Below are positions 1 through 7,837 of a stretch of 11,469 nt of DNA, piece after piece. The DNA lies in NCBI GenBank assembly GCA_018985225.1, contig JADGIF010000295.1, positions 1-11,469 on the forward strand, in the 5' to 3' direction. The notes under the pieces are model-generated. The model was not told the origin of the DNA, made no database searches, and saw nothing but the letters and a program-made list of their open reading frames with translations. The stretch is from Amoeboradix gromovi X-113. Its lineage: Eukaryota > Fungi > Sanchytriomycota. Position 1 is the stretch's first letter, and every line of letters starts with the position of its first letter. Made by a program: the position numbers and the translations under genes.

Positions 1-92
1 AAGAAAACTGGTATAATAGAAGATCTTTTATTAATGATTTCCTCTGTATGGAGCACCTCCTTTAAAAACGAGTTAGTCTAGTTTTTATATTT

Positions 93-124
93 GGGACCTG
101 ATCTGACAAAATGTCCCTAACTCC
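93..124 (+). repeat. Left terminal inverted repeat (32 bp)
   Basis: Perfect inverted match to 4625-4656; contains an internal palindrome GGGAC-N15-GTCCC (93-117). Confidence 0.95.
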
Positions 125-185
125 TGTTTCCCACTAGTCGAGATAAATGGCTTGAAACATTACATCTCCTAAAATACTAGTCTAT

Positions 186-207
186 TCTGACAAAATGTCA
201 CTATCTC
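186..207 (+). repeat. Left subterminal copy of the inner TIR motif
   Basis: TCTGACAAAATGTCACTATCTC vs TIR TCTGACAAAATGTCCCTAACTC (2 mismatches). Confidence 0.85.
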
Positions 208-386
208 ATATGATTGGACGAAACATGGTTTGGATGGTATTGGTAAGCTTTTTTTGCTTATGCTTATCTTAGAAACGATTCTAACATACATTTACGATAC
301 TTATGCGAGTGAGAATAAAAGTAAATTCATTTTTTTATTTAAAAAGAATAATAATTGTATTTAAAGTATTTCATTGAACCTCATTC

Positions 387-1298
387 TCATTGATTGCTTA
401 AAAAAGATTTCATAGAGCTTAACAAATCTTTCTCATCCTCAGATAACATTGAATAGCAATTTACATAAGTACCAGCTATTTTTCTCATCATCGTATAGAC
501 TGAATCAATCTTCCAGTCCATCTCACTTTGTTCATGTTTAATAATATTGAAATTCTCTCGCTCTACCATAGCTTGGAACAATACGACTGGTGGATTCGGG
601 TACTTTTTAGAAACCGCAATAAACATTTTGTACGCTAATGGGAAGTATAGTTTGATGTTTTCCTCTTCAAGTCTTCCATAGTATCTTACAACAGACTCAA
701 AAACCTCTTTTTGATACATCATTTCCTTAACTTCTTTGCCATATTCCTTTATACATGCATTACCAATATTTCTAGCAATGTTGTCAGTCATTTTTGATAC
801 GAGGACATGGTAATGAAGTCCTTTGACAGTTGTGTGATATTCCTCCGCCATTTGTCTCCAATAATCTCTGTCTTTTTCCATTGTTAGGTAATGATGTAGA
901 TTTCTTTCATTTAAGTTTGATTTCAAATCAGTTGAGACAAATATACGTTGTGAGTCGAGCAAATGCGACAAATCTTGATCTTTTGCACATTTAAACAATT
1001 CATGATAACTACCGTGTTTTGTTTGGAAGCATACTTTCTCATATTTTTGACACAATTCTAATAAATACCCAAACCCATCATATTGTATATGAACTCTGCT
1101 AATTGACACCAGGAATTTTTTAGGAATATCGTTATTGTTTAATGCTTCAATTCTTTCAATGAGATGTTGCATCACATCTTTTATGTTTTTATCGTATATA
1201 GGTTCGTCAATATGAATTATTTCTTGTTGGATATCATAGGGAGCAATCCAAGCATCTTCATGTCCTGTAAGAAAAGATTTATAAAGATCAAGATTCAT
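387..1298 (-). CDS. Hypothetical protein (303 aa), cargo of the TIR element
   Basis: Long ATG-initiated ORF in AT-rich DNA; no family motif recognised. Confidence 0.75.
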   Translation of the reverse strand: MNLDLYKSFLTGHEDAWIAPYDIQQEIIHIDEPIYDKNIKDVMQHLIERIEALNNNDIPKKFLVSISRVHIQYDGFGYLLELCQKYEKVCFQTKHGSYHELFKCAKDQDLSHLLDSQRIFVSTDLKSNLNERNLHHYLTMEKDRDYWRQMAEEYHTTVKGLHYHVLVSKMTDNIARNIGNACIKEYGKEVKEMMYQKEVFESVVRYYGRLEEENIKLYFPLAYKMFIAVSKKYPNPPVVLFQAMVERENFNIIKHEQSEMDWKIDSVYTMMRKIAGTYVNCYSMLSEDEKDLLSSMKSFLSNQ

Positions 1299-1370
1299 TC
1301 GAAAAAATCAAATCGTTGCGTTTGAACCCCTTAATTGATTTATATTCAATCAATCAGAACAGTAAATTAA

Positions 1371-1545
1371 ATTGATTATTAGAATATATACCTGGAATTA
1401 ACATGCTGTACGTAAACTCTTTGGTTTCAATGTATAAAACATCTAAATTAGAAAAAATATACATCATTAACCTTATCTCGCTTCATACCCTAAAGTACTT
1501 GGCAAAACTGCACGTGTTGTACGTGGCCTTAAGCGGCAAGTGTAA
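1371..1545 (-). ncRNA. Putative omegaRNA (Fanzor guide scaffold) overlapping the 3' end of the nuclease gene
   Basis: Expected position for TnpB/Fanzor omegaRNA. Hairpins at 1511-1525 (CACGT-N5-ACGTG) and 1423-1472 (GGTT..ATGTATA / TATACAT..AACC). Confidence 0.5.
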
Positions 1546-3488
1546 GTCTTAATAAATATATTTCTGGCAGCTAAATGATCTCTGTCCATTTCAAAACCAC
1601 AATCTTTACATTTAAACAACTCATTTTTTGTCTTGGTTAGACTTCCACATATACAAGTCTGACTTGTAAATTCCTCTGTCACTATAGCTACTCTTTTACC
1701 AACAACTTTTGCTTTCCATAAAAGTCTTGTCTTGAATCTGTAAAAGGCCCAAGTACTCATATTTCTCGCAACTTTTGAGGAAAGGTTTGGAAGCATTTGA
1801 GAAGATTTGTATTCTGGAAGGAAAATGATATCATAGGTGTCAAGTAGAAAACGAATAATCTGATTATGACATTCCTGGATCAAGTTCTTGACACGATAGA
1901 TGTATCTGAACCAAGCCTTTTTCATTCTCTTTCTACGCCTACAGTTAACTTTTGTCATTTTACTTTGAAGAGCATCCATTCTCTTTAATATTCTAGAAAT
2001 ATATCCAAAATCTCTATTTCCAAATTCTACAATTCTTTCCATATCATATCCAACTAAAAACTTTCTGACTCCAGGATCAAGTGCAATAATTTTAGGTGCT
2101 TGGTTTTCACACCTTGTATCATTGACACACTCTCCTACATCCTCTTCAATTGGTATACTAATATAATAATTACCTAGCCTGTCGAGATTAATAGTCACAG
2201 CACCTTCTGCTTTTAATAGTCGTTCATGTCCTACAAGTACTCCAAGTTTAGACTTGCTAAACATCTCGTATTTTTGAAACTCTCTCGCTTGTATTGTTAT
2301 GACGTTTGTCCTTTTCTTGCTTCTAAATTTCATTTCAAAAGGTATACCTGTTTCTAAAGAAACTCGTCTAGCTTCTTTTAATTTTACCAAGAATTCACAT
2401 AGTGAAAAATCTCTTATCTGTTCTGGTGTTTCTAGAACCCAATTGTTTTCTTGTACTAATTCTGCCATCTTATTCTTGAATTTCTCACGTAATATCATTT
2501 TCAAAGACTTTTTAGTGTCGGTTAGTGTATTTTCTGGCTGATCTATGAGTTTGGATTCTATTTCTAGAATATCTGCAAGTAATTCTTCAATACAAACCTC
2601 ATATTCACTTGCTTTCTCTTCCATTATCGTTACTCTTTTTTCACTCTTGCATTTTTGAATTTTGATGTCCAAGACGTCCATTTTTTTCGAGTATTTTTCA
2701 ATTTCAGTGTACATCTTGGTTAGTCTATTATAAACATCTTGCTTTTTTATAAACGCAACGCATTGATTATAAGTCCATCTCGATGTTCCCATCCATTTTT
2801 TGATAAGTATCTTCTGACTCGTATTCAATTTCAACTTTATTTTCCGTGTCTTGACCTGTTTTAGAGGCTTCGTATCTCTTGCTATTCTCTTTTCTTCTAA
2901 TTCCTTTTTTTCTAATGCTTCTTCTTCGTCCATGTGCTTGAGCAGTAAAGAATGTACAGACGGAGATAAGGTCGTCTTTGAGTTCTTCGTCGAGGCTTTG
3001 ACTTGTTTGATTGAGAACCATGATTTCTGTTTCATTAAATCTACAGACTTGTTCAAATATGTTGAATCCAAATCTACAGAGTCTGTCTCTATAGGTAACC
3101 ACAACTTTTGAGACATGTCCCTTGAGAATTGATTCCAAAAGGGTTTGAAAGCCTTTTCTTTTAAAATTGAGTCCGCTTCCAATGTCTGAGATACTTTTTG
3201 AACCTGGATAATGTTCTCTAAGCACTTTCGTTTGACGCTCGAGGTCTTCTTTTTGCTTACTCGATGAGACTCTTGAATACAAGATAACTTCCTTTTCAGG
3301 GTCAATGGTTTGGTTTCCGAATTCTTTGTGGACGTCATCGACATGGTAGAGGAATCTTCCATTTCCTTGTCTAAGGAATCTAATCTTTCCTGACTTTGAC
3401 TAATTTCTAAGGGTTCCTGATGATACTTGGTATTGTTTTCTAATTTGCATGCATTTAACATATTTTTCTTTACTGAATTTTCCATCAT
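1473..3488 (-). CDS. tnpB: Fanzor2 / IS607-type TnpB RNA-guided endonuclease (671 aa; true start uncertain)
   Basis: OrfB-type HTH RKIKLKLNTSQKILIKKWMGTSRWTYNQCV; RuvC-I IALDPGVRKF; Pro at the canonical RuvC-II position (IFLPEY) with a downstream alternative Glu (VTEEFTSQ); Zn finger TCICG...CKDCG; RuvC-III DRDHLAARNI. Linked to an IS607 serine recombinase in a eukaryotic context. Confidence 0.92.
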   Translation of the reverse strand: MMENSVKKNMLNACKLENNTKYHQEPLEISQSQERLDSLDKEMEDSSTMSMTSTKNSETKPLTLKRKLSCIQESHRVSKKKTSSVKRKCLENIIQVQKVSQTLEADSILKEKAFKPFWNQFSRDMSQKLWLPIETDSVDLDSTYLNKSVDLMKQKSWFSIKQVKASTKNSKTTLSPSVHSLLLKHMDEEEALEKKELEEKRIARDTKPLKQVKTRKIKLKLNTSQKILIKKWMGTSRWTYNQCVAFIKKQDVYNRLTKMYTEIEKYSKKMDVLDIKIQKCKSEKRVTIMEEKASEYEVCIEELLADILEIESKLIDQPENTLTDTKKSLKMILREKFKNKMAELVQENNWVLETPEQIRDFSLCEFLVKLKEARRVSLETGIPFEMKFRSKKRTNVITIQAREFQKYEMFSKSKLGVLVGHERLLKAEGAVTINLDRLGNYYISIPIEEDVGECVNDTRCENQAPKIIALDPGVRKFLVGYDMERIVEFGNRDFGYISRILKRMDALQSKMTKVNCRRRKRMKKAWFRYIYRVKNLIQECHNQIIRFLLDTYDIIFLPEYKSSQMLPNLSSKVARNMSTWAFYRFKTRLLWKAKVVGKRVAIVTEEFTSQTCICGSLTKTKNELFKCKDCGFEMDRDHLAARNIFIKTYTCRLRPRTTRAVLPSTLGYEAR

Positions 3489-3495
3489 TATTCAT
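2767..3495 (-). pseudogene. tnpA: IS607-family serine recombinase TnpA (N-terminal HTH plus resolvase domain) with a premature TAG at codon 32
   Basis: Catalytic domain YSRVSS..QKEDLERQ, DIGSGLNFKRKG, VTYRDRLCRFGF. The same frame extends upstream to an ATG at 3495: MNNDGKFSKEKYVKCMQIRKQYQVSSGTLRN*SKSGKIRFLRQGNGRFLYHVDDV. The stop (3400-3402) sits where IS607 HTHs have the Trp of TLRxW. Confidence 0.85.
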
Positions 3496-3690
3496 CAGAC
3501 AAATATGTAAAAAACATTTGTTTAGATTCTATATTATTGGATTTTACGAGATTTAAAGCCAAGTTTTTACTGTTAATTATATTTATTTTTCAAATTACTC
3601 GCTAGTCAAAAGCTGTTTGTCTTTATTGTTATAGATAGCTTTAACCACAGACCTAAACTATTTACTTGTGAAACCAATTGTTTTATAAAT

Positions 3691-3717
3691 TTATCTAGTT
3701 ATTGTAGAGTGTGTCCC
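3691..3717 (+). repeat. Degenerate internal TIR-like end motif
   Basis: TTATCTAGTTATTGTAGAGTGTGTCCC matches 4314-4340 TAGTCTAGTTTTTACAGAGCATGTCCC at 20/27 in the same orientation. Confidence 0.7.
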
Positions 3718-3800
3718 TTATGTAAATTGGCCTGCTATGAAATAAATACATCGAAAATGGTTCTTAAAAACCCATTTCAATAAATTTATTACACGTTATT

Positions 3801-4112
3801 TCAATAAATATATTCATCTGATTCCAAAGACGATGGTAATCCCATTGTCATTCTTAAAAATGATTGTTTAGTGTTGTCGTGCAGTTTAATAAATTGAAAG
3901 TGATAATACTCATTACCAATATCATAATCGACTGGATTGATATAACTAAACTTAAACTTAAATAAAGGTGAATCATTAAAATGCTTTTGAAGTAATGTAA
4001 TCGTATCCATTAAACAACTATTAATTTCAGAAGAAAATTCATACTTTATACATACTTTCTCTATTAACTTTGACATATCATCATACTTTTTGAAGTGAAA
4101 ATTAAAGTACAT
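3801..4112 (-). CDS. Hypothetical protein (103 aa), possible cargo gene or gene fragment
   Basis: ATG-initiated ORF between two internal end-like motifs; shares an upstream motif with ORF 387-1298. Confidence 0.45.
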   Translation of the reverse strand: MYFNFHFKKYDDMSKLIEKVCIKYEFSSEINSCLMDTITLLQKHFNDSPLFKFKFSYINPVDYDIGNEYYHFQFIKLHDNTKQSFLRMTMGLPSSLESDEYIY

Positions 4113-4238
4113 TTCTTATTATAAATACTATATTTATTTATTTATCTTCTATTATATTGATTGGTTTAAAGTTTAATCAATCAGCTAATTGGTTTTAGTA
4201 AATTTTTCTCAAGTCAAGGCTTGATTGTTCAAACAACT

Positions 4239-4340
4239 CCTAGTCTAGTTTTTACAGAGTATTGTCGAGAAAAAACTTCAACTGGCTTTATCTCGTCACC
4301 CGCTTTTTACCCCTAGTCTAGTTTTTACAGAGCATGTCCC
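4239..4340 (+). repeat. 21-bp direct repeat pair CCTAGTCTAGTTTTTACAGAG; the second copy extends into a TIR-like end (...CATGTCCC|ATAT)
   Basis: Exact copies at 4239-4259 and 4312-4332. The reverse complement of 4322-4340 matches the first 19 nt of the TIR at 15/19. Confidence 0.85.
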
Positions 4341-4460
4341 ATATGTTAAAGTTAGTTAGAGGTAGTGTATGTAACTATTATCATATAATATCTACCATTT
4401 TTTTGAATAATTTTCATCCAGTTAAAAATAGTAATTCAAGATGATTTGATTAGCTGAAAA

Positions 4461-4482
4461 GAGTTAGGGACATTATGCCAGA
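4461..4482 (-). repeat. Right subterminal copy of the inner TIR motif
   Basis: GAGTTAGGGACATTATGCCAGA vs TIR GAGTTAGGGACATTTTGTCAGA (2 mismatches). Confidence 0.85.
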
Positions 4483-4624
4483 ATAAACTTGTGTTATGAG
4501 TTTATCGGATGGAGAAATGGTATAACTTCAAGAGATATTAGTATAATGAAATTCTACTTTGAACAGTAGATAGTTTACATGTTAAGCTACTTGATTTCAC
4601 AATAAATAGAAATTTATTAAATTT

Positions 4625-4656
4625 GGAGTTAGGGACATTTTGTCAGATCAGGTCCC
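4625..4656 (-). repeat. Right terminal inverted repeat (32 bp)
   Basis: GGAGTTAGGGACATTTTGTCAGATCAGGTCCC, followed by ATTT. Confidence 0.95.
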
Positions 4657-4701
4657 ATTTGGTGTCCAGTGTATCCTGAAACATTTTACTTTTTGATATC
4701 C

Positions 4702-5975
4702 ATGGATGAGTATAATGGAAATGAAGATGCTACAAGAGAGCATGTAAGAGAAATACTTCCATTTGGTGTAAGCGAAAAAGAACTTGGTGAGCGATATGGT
4801 TACGGACATGAATACTATTTTATTTTTGTCCGCTACTTGGCAGTATTGAATCTAACTTTAGGGTTGTTTGGATTTATAGGATTTGGTGCTAAATTAGACC
4901 ATTTCAATTCTAACGATGGTTTGCAAACTTTGTTTTTCACCTCTTTTCCACAATCCATTCGATCATTTTGGCAGGCGTCTTCAATTATTCAAACAGTTAT
5001 TTTCTTTTTATCAGGACTCACATATTACTTGTTTGTGCTAGTGGTCTCAAGAAAGCGCAAAATAACTCACGAAAATGCTTTTGTAGTGGATACAATTGCA
5101 GCAGAGCAAATCGCGGAAAACAATAAATACGGTTTTTGGACTAGATGGGGGTTTCGAATGATTGTACTAGTTATTTTGTTAGGAACCACCTCTCTATCTA
5201 TATTTGTAACCTGGCTTTTGCAAGACACCTATCGTGAAAAACAAACTACAAACATTAGTTCTACAAATGTTCTCTTAGTTTTGTTTATTAGTCTTTCAGG
5301 TATAGTGTTTGTTAGCATATGCCGAAGTTTGACACAACTTGAAAAACATAGAACCGAATCAGGATATAAAATTAGCCATGTGTTTAAGATTTACTTTTAT
5401 AAAGTTGCAGTACTATTTGGATTAAATCTTACAACTGGTGTCCGGAATTTTTGTCAAGGTAACATTTGACTAATGCAGGCGGGTACAATAGCATGCTATT
5501 ACTTTTGTTAGACTTATTTTTTTGGAATGCTGTTGAACTATTACAGCCAGTTATGCAGGCTAAAGTATACAAATGGCTCAAAATTACGTCTGATCTTAGC
5601 AATGAAGAGCAAAAGCCAGTTTTTGATGTCGCTGGTGAGATGGTCGAATTATTTTACCGGCAATTCATTGTATTTAGTGCTGTTTCTATTTTTCCTAGCG
5701 TAGGAATTTTGGCTGCTGTTGTTACAGTTGCAGAGTACCCTTTAGATAAATTTAAGCTCATTAAAATGTGTCAGCAGCCCAAGAGGGTTAATAACCCCAT
5801 GACAAAATTCATTGTCATTTTGCTCACTCTCTCTGCAGTGACTGCTCTGTTCAGTCCATACAGTATCCTTAACCTTAATCGACCATACTATAATAGAGAA
5901 CTAATGAAAATGGAAAATGGAGCCATGGAATGTCTGGTTGAAAAGGTATGCTATTTTAATCAAGACAACTGTTAA
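4702..5975 (+). CDS. TMC-like (transmembrane channel-like) protein, 2 exons (4702-5458, 5479-5975), about 417 aa
   Basis: Multiple hydrophobic segments; TMC-like motifs GYGHEYYFIFVRYL, LTQLEKHRT, FDVAGEMVELFYRQFIVFSAVSIFP. The two ORFs join in frame after removing a GT-AG intron at 5459-5478. Confidence 0.75.
5459..5478 (+). other. 20-nt spliceosomal intron
   Basis: GTAACATTTGACTAATGCAG: GTAA donor, GACTAAT branch-point-like motif, CAG acceptor. Removal deletes the TGA and restores the frame (G|GC = Gly). Confidence 0.8.
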
Positions 5976-6000
5976 TAAATACCAAGTGGAATTATATTTA

Positions 6001-7464
6001 TTAAATATCAAATCTTTGAGACATATCCATTTTATGTCCTGCACTCAACTGGGGAATTTGAGCGTATTTTCCTTTTAAAGCTTGCCTGCAGCCCAGCAAC
6101 AAATTCTGTAAAGTAGGATGCGGATCACGAGATAACACAGAAACCAAGGCATGGCTCATTGCTCCAGTTGCTTTTCCTGCAATACTGGTATCTGCTGAGT
6201 ACTGTCTATCTTTGCATCCACTATACATCGTGACTTGAGCATCTGAGGTGTTGTCTTTTATGACTTGCTGATCTTTACCAGTGACGTGATACTGAAGCAT
6301 GTTTGCACCAGAACTCAACGAAGACATTGCACTCGAAATTTTACCTTTTTTAAACAGCATATAACCGGTGGCCAATTGTTTTCCTGCGCCTAAGAATCCT
6401 TTCACTTTGTTTCTTTCTTTAACCTGTCCATTTGGCAAATACACATATGGCAAGTCTAATGCAGTGCCCGAATGACAGCTATCAAATACTACGGTCAACT
6501 TGACTCCTCTAACTAATGGTTTAACTAGGATCTGGTGCATTTCATCATCAATGATCTGACCTGCTTTTACATAATCAACCGGGCATATGGTCTCATCCAT
6601 TCCATCATCCTCATCACCACTCGTGTCTTTCACGCTGCCACCATGTCCTGAGTAATGAAGGAAAAGTGAGTCACCTGGTTTGGCACCTTGTACTAGCCAA
6701 TGCATTGAAGCAATAATGTTCTTTCTGGTTGGAATACAAGATGCATCACGTTGATCATCAGTTAATATTCGCATACTCGCAGGATTCGTGGGGAAATTGT
6801 AGATTCTCACCAAGAACTTTTTGATATTCTTCACATCCTCTATACAACCTTTTAGTTGCCCCTTCTGGTTAAAATAGTTTATTCCAATCAACAGTGACTT
6901 TTTGTTTCCCGAGTGACCTTGCTGAGAATAAGGAGCAGCTTGGCTATTGCCAGTGTTGTAATCTTGGACTGGATTTTGAGTAGGTGGGTAAGTTTTACCG
7001 TTTTGGGGCCCATAAATTTGCTGTACGTAAGGCTGTTGATTTTGAGGAGGATAAGTAGGATTGACTTCGGACAAGTAGGGTGCATTAAATTGCTGATGAT
7101 TACTAGGATTGAATTGCTGAAAAGAACTAGGGTTGTGTTGCTGGGTATATTGATGTTGAGGTGGATAGTGGGGATTTAAATACGATTGTTGTTGAGGATG
7201 AGGGTATCCCAAATTAGATTGTGGATCGGGATGAAAGTCTTGCGGCTGATGTGGTGCAGCAGGGTAGAATTGACTTGGCTGTGGATTTGTAGATTGCAGA
7301 GGGTAAGGCTGGCTATGATAGTTAGGTTGTGGTGTGGGCATTCCTAGATTTGGGAAACTTTGTTGTTGGGATGCTGGATAGGAAGGAGGGTTCAGATGCG
7401 GTCCACCAGGATACAGTTTTTCCTGTTCTTTTTTCTTTTGTATTCTGACCTGACCGGGATACAT
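6001..7464 (-). CDS. MCA1: Type I metacaspase with a Pro/Gln/Asn-rich prodomain (about 487 aa)
   Basis: KKSLLIGINY, LKGCIEDV, catalytic HYSGHG and FDSCHSG, SGCKDRQYSADT, QIPQLS. Start placed at MYPG (ATG at 7464), as in fungal Mca1. Confidence 0.95.
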   Translation of the reverse strand: MYPGQVRIQKKKEQEKLYPGGPHLNPPSYPASQQQSFPNLGMPTPQPNYHSQPYPLQSTNPQPSQFYPAAPHQPQDFHPDPQSNLGYPHPQQQSYLNPHYPPQHQYTQQHNPSSFQQFNPSNHQQFNAPYLSEVNPTYPPQNQQPYVQQIYGPQNGKTYPPTQNPVQDYNTGNSQAAPYSQQGHSGNKKSLLIGINYFNQKGQLKGCIEDVKNIKKFLVRIYNFPTNPASMRILTDDQRDASCIPTRKNIIASMHWLVQGAKPGDSLFLHYSGHGGSVKDTSGDEDDGMDETICPVDYVKAGQIIDDEMHQILVKPLVRGVKLTVVFDSCHSGTALDLPYVYLPNGQVKERNKVKGFLGAGKQLATGYMLFKKGKISSAMSSLSSGANMLQYHVTGKDQQVIKDNTSDAQVTMYSGCKDRQYSADTSIAGKATGAMSHALVSVLSRDPHPTLQNLLLGCRQALKGKYAQIPQLSAGHKMDMSQRFDI

Positions 7465-7837
7465 CACAGTTTTGAAGGAGTGTGAAGATATCAAAAAGTA
7501 AGCCAATCACAACTCGCATGTGCATAAATTAAAAAGTTGTTGCGAGTTCGATTCATAAAAAGCTATTAGCAATTCAAATTTTCAAGGAAGTTCCACATCT
7601 ATCTAAGTGCAAACTAATTATTTCGAAGAGGCTTCAGCGTATTTTTTATCCAAATTAAAACAAAAACGTTGTTCATCAAGTCACTCATAAACGCTAATAG
7701 TAGCCGCAAATTATTTCTCTTTTGACAAATTTTACATATCGCTCAACAGACTTAATGAGAGAACAAAAGTATGGAAGATGCGCCGGTGATTTAAGACAAG
7801 GAAAAAATTAGAAAGTCTGGAAAAGTCATGTTTTCTT

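Larger units (their letters stand above)
1391..3653 (-). mobile_element. IS607-type Fanzor2 element nested in the TIR element (ends inferred)
   Basis: tnpA plus tnpB. Both candidate junctions contain AGGT on the minus strand (TTTAGG|TCTGTGG near 3653; TTCCAGG|TATATA near 1391), consistent with IS607 crossover at a GG dinucleotide. Boundaries are tentative. Confidence 0.55.
93..4656. mobile_element. Non-autonomous composite TIR DNA transposon (GGG...CCC termini, 4-bp ATTT target-site duplication; Sola-like by end signature only)
   Basis: 93-124 GGGACCTGATCTGACAAAATGTCCCTAACTCC is the exact reverse complement of 4625-4656. ATTT flanks both sides (89-92 and 4657-4660). No DDE transposase ORF is recognisable inside. 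Confidence 0.88.

Noticed and set aside
2299-3111. Plus-strand ORFs of 80 and 86 aa
   Set aside because: Antisense shadows of the Fanzor/tnpA genes with no motifs.
4239-4340. CRISPR-like repeat-spacer unit
   Set aside because: Only two exact copies, eukaryotic context, and the motif is related to the transposon ends.
7423-7449. Possible 27-nt in-frame GT-AG intron near the metacaspase start
   Set aside because: No branch-point motif, and the frame is open without splicing.
6888-7525. Short ORFs overlapping the metacaspase prodomain
   Set aside because: Alternate-frame or antisense by-products of low-complexity coding sequence.
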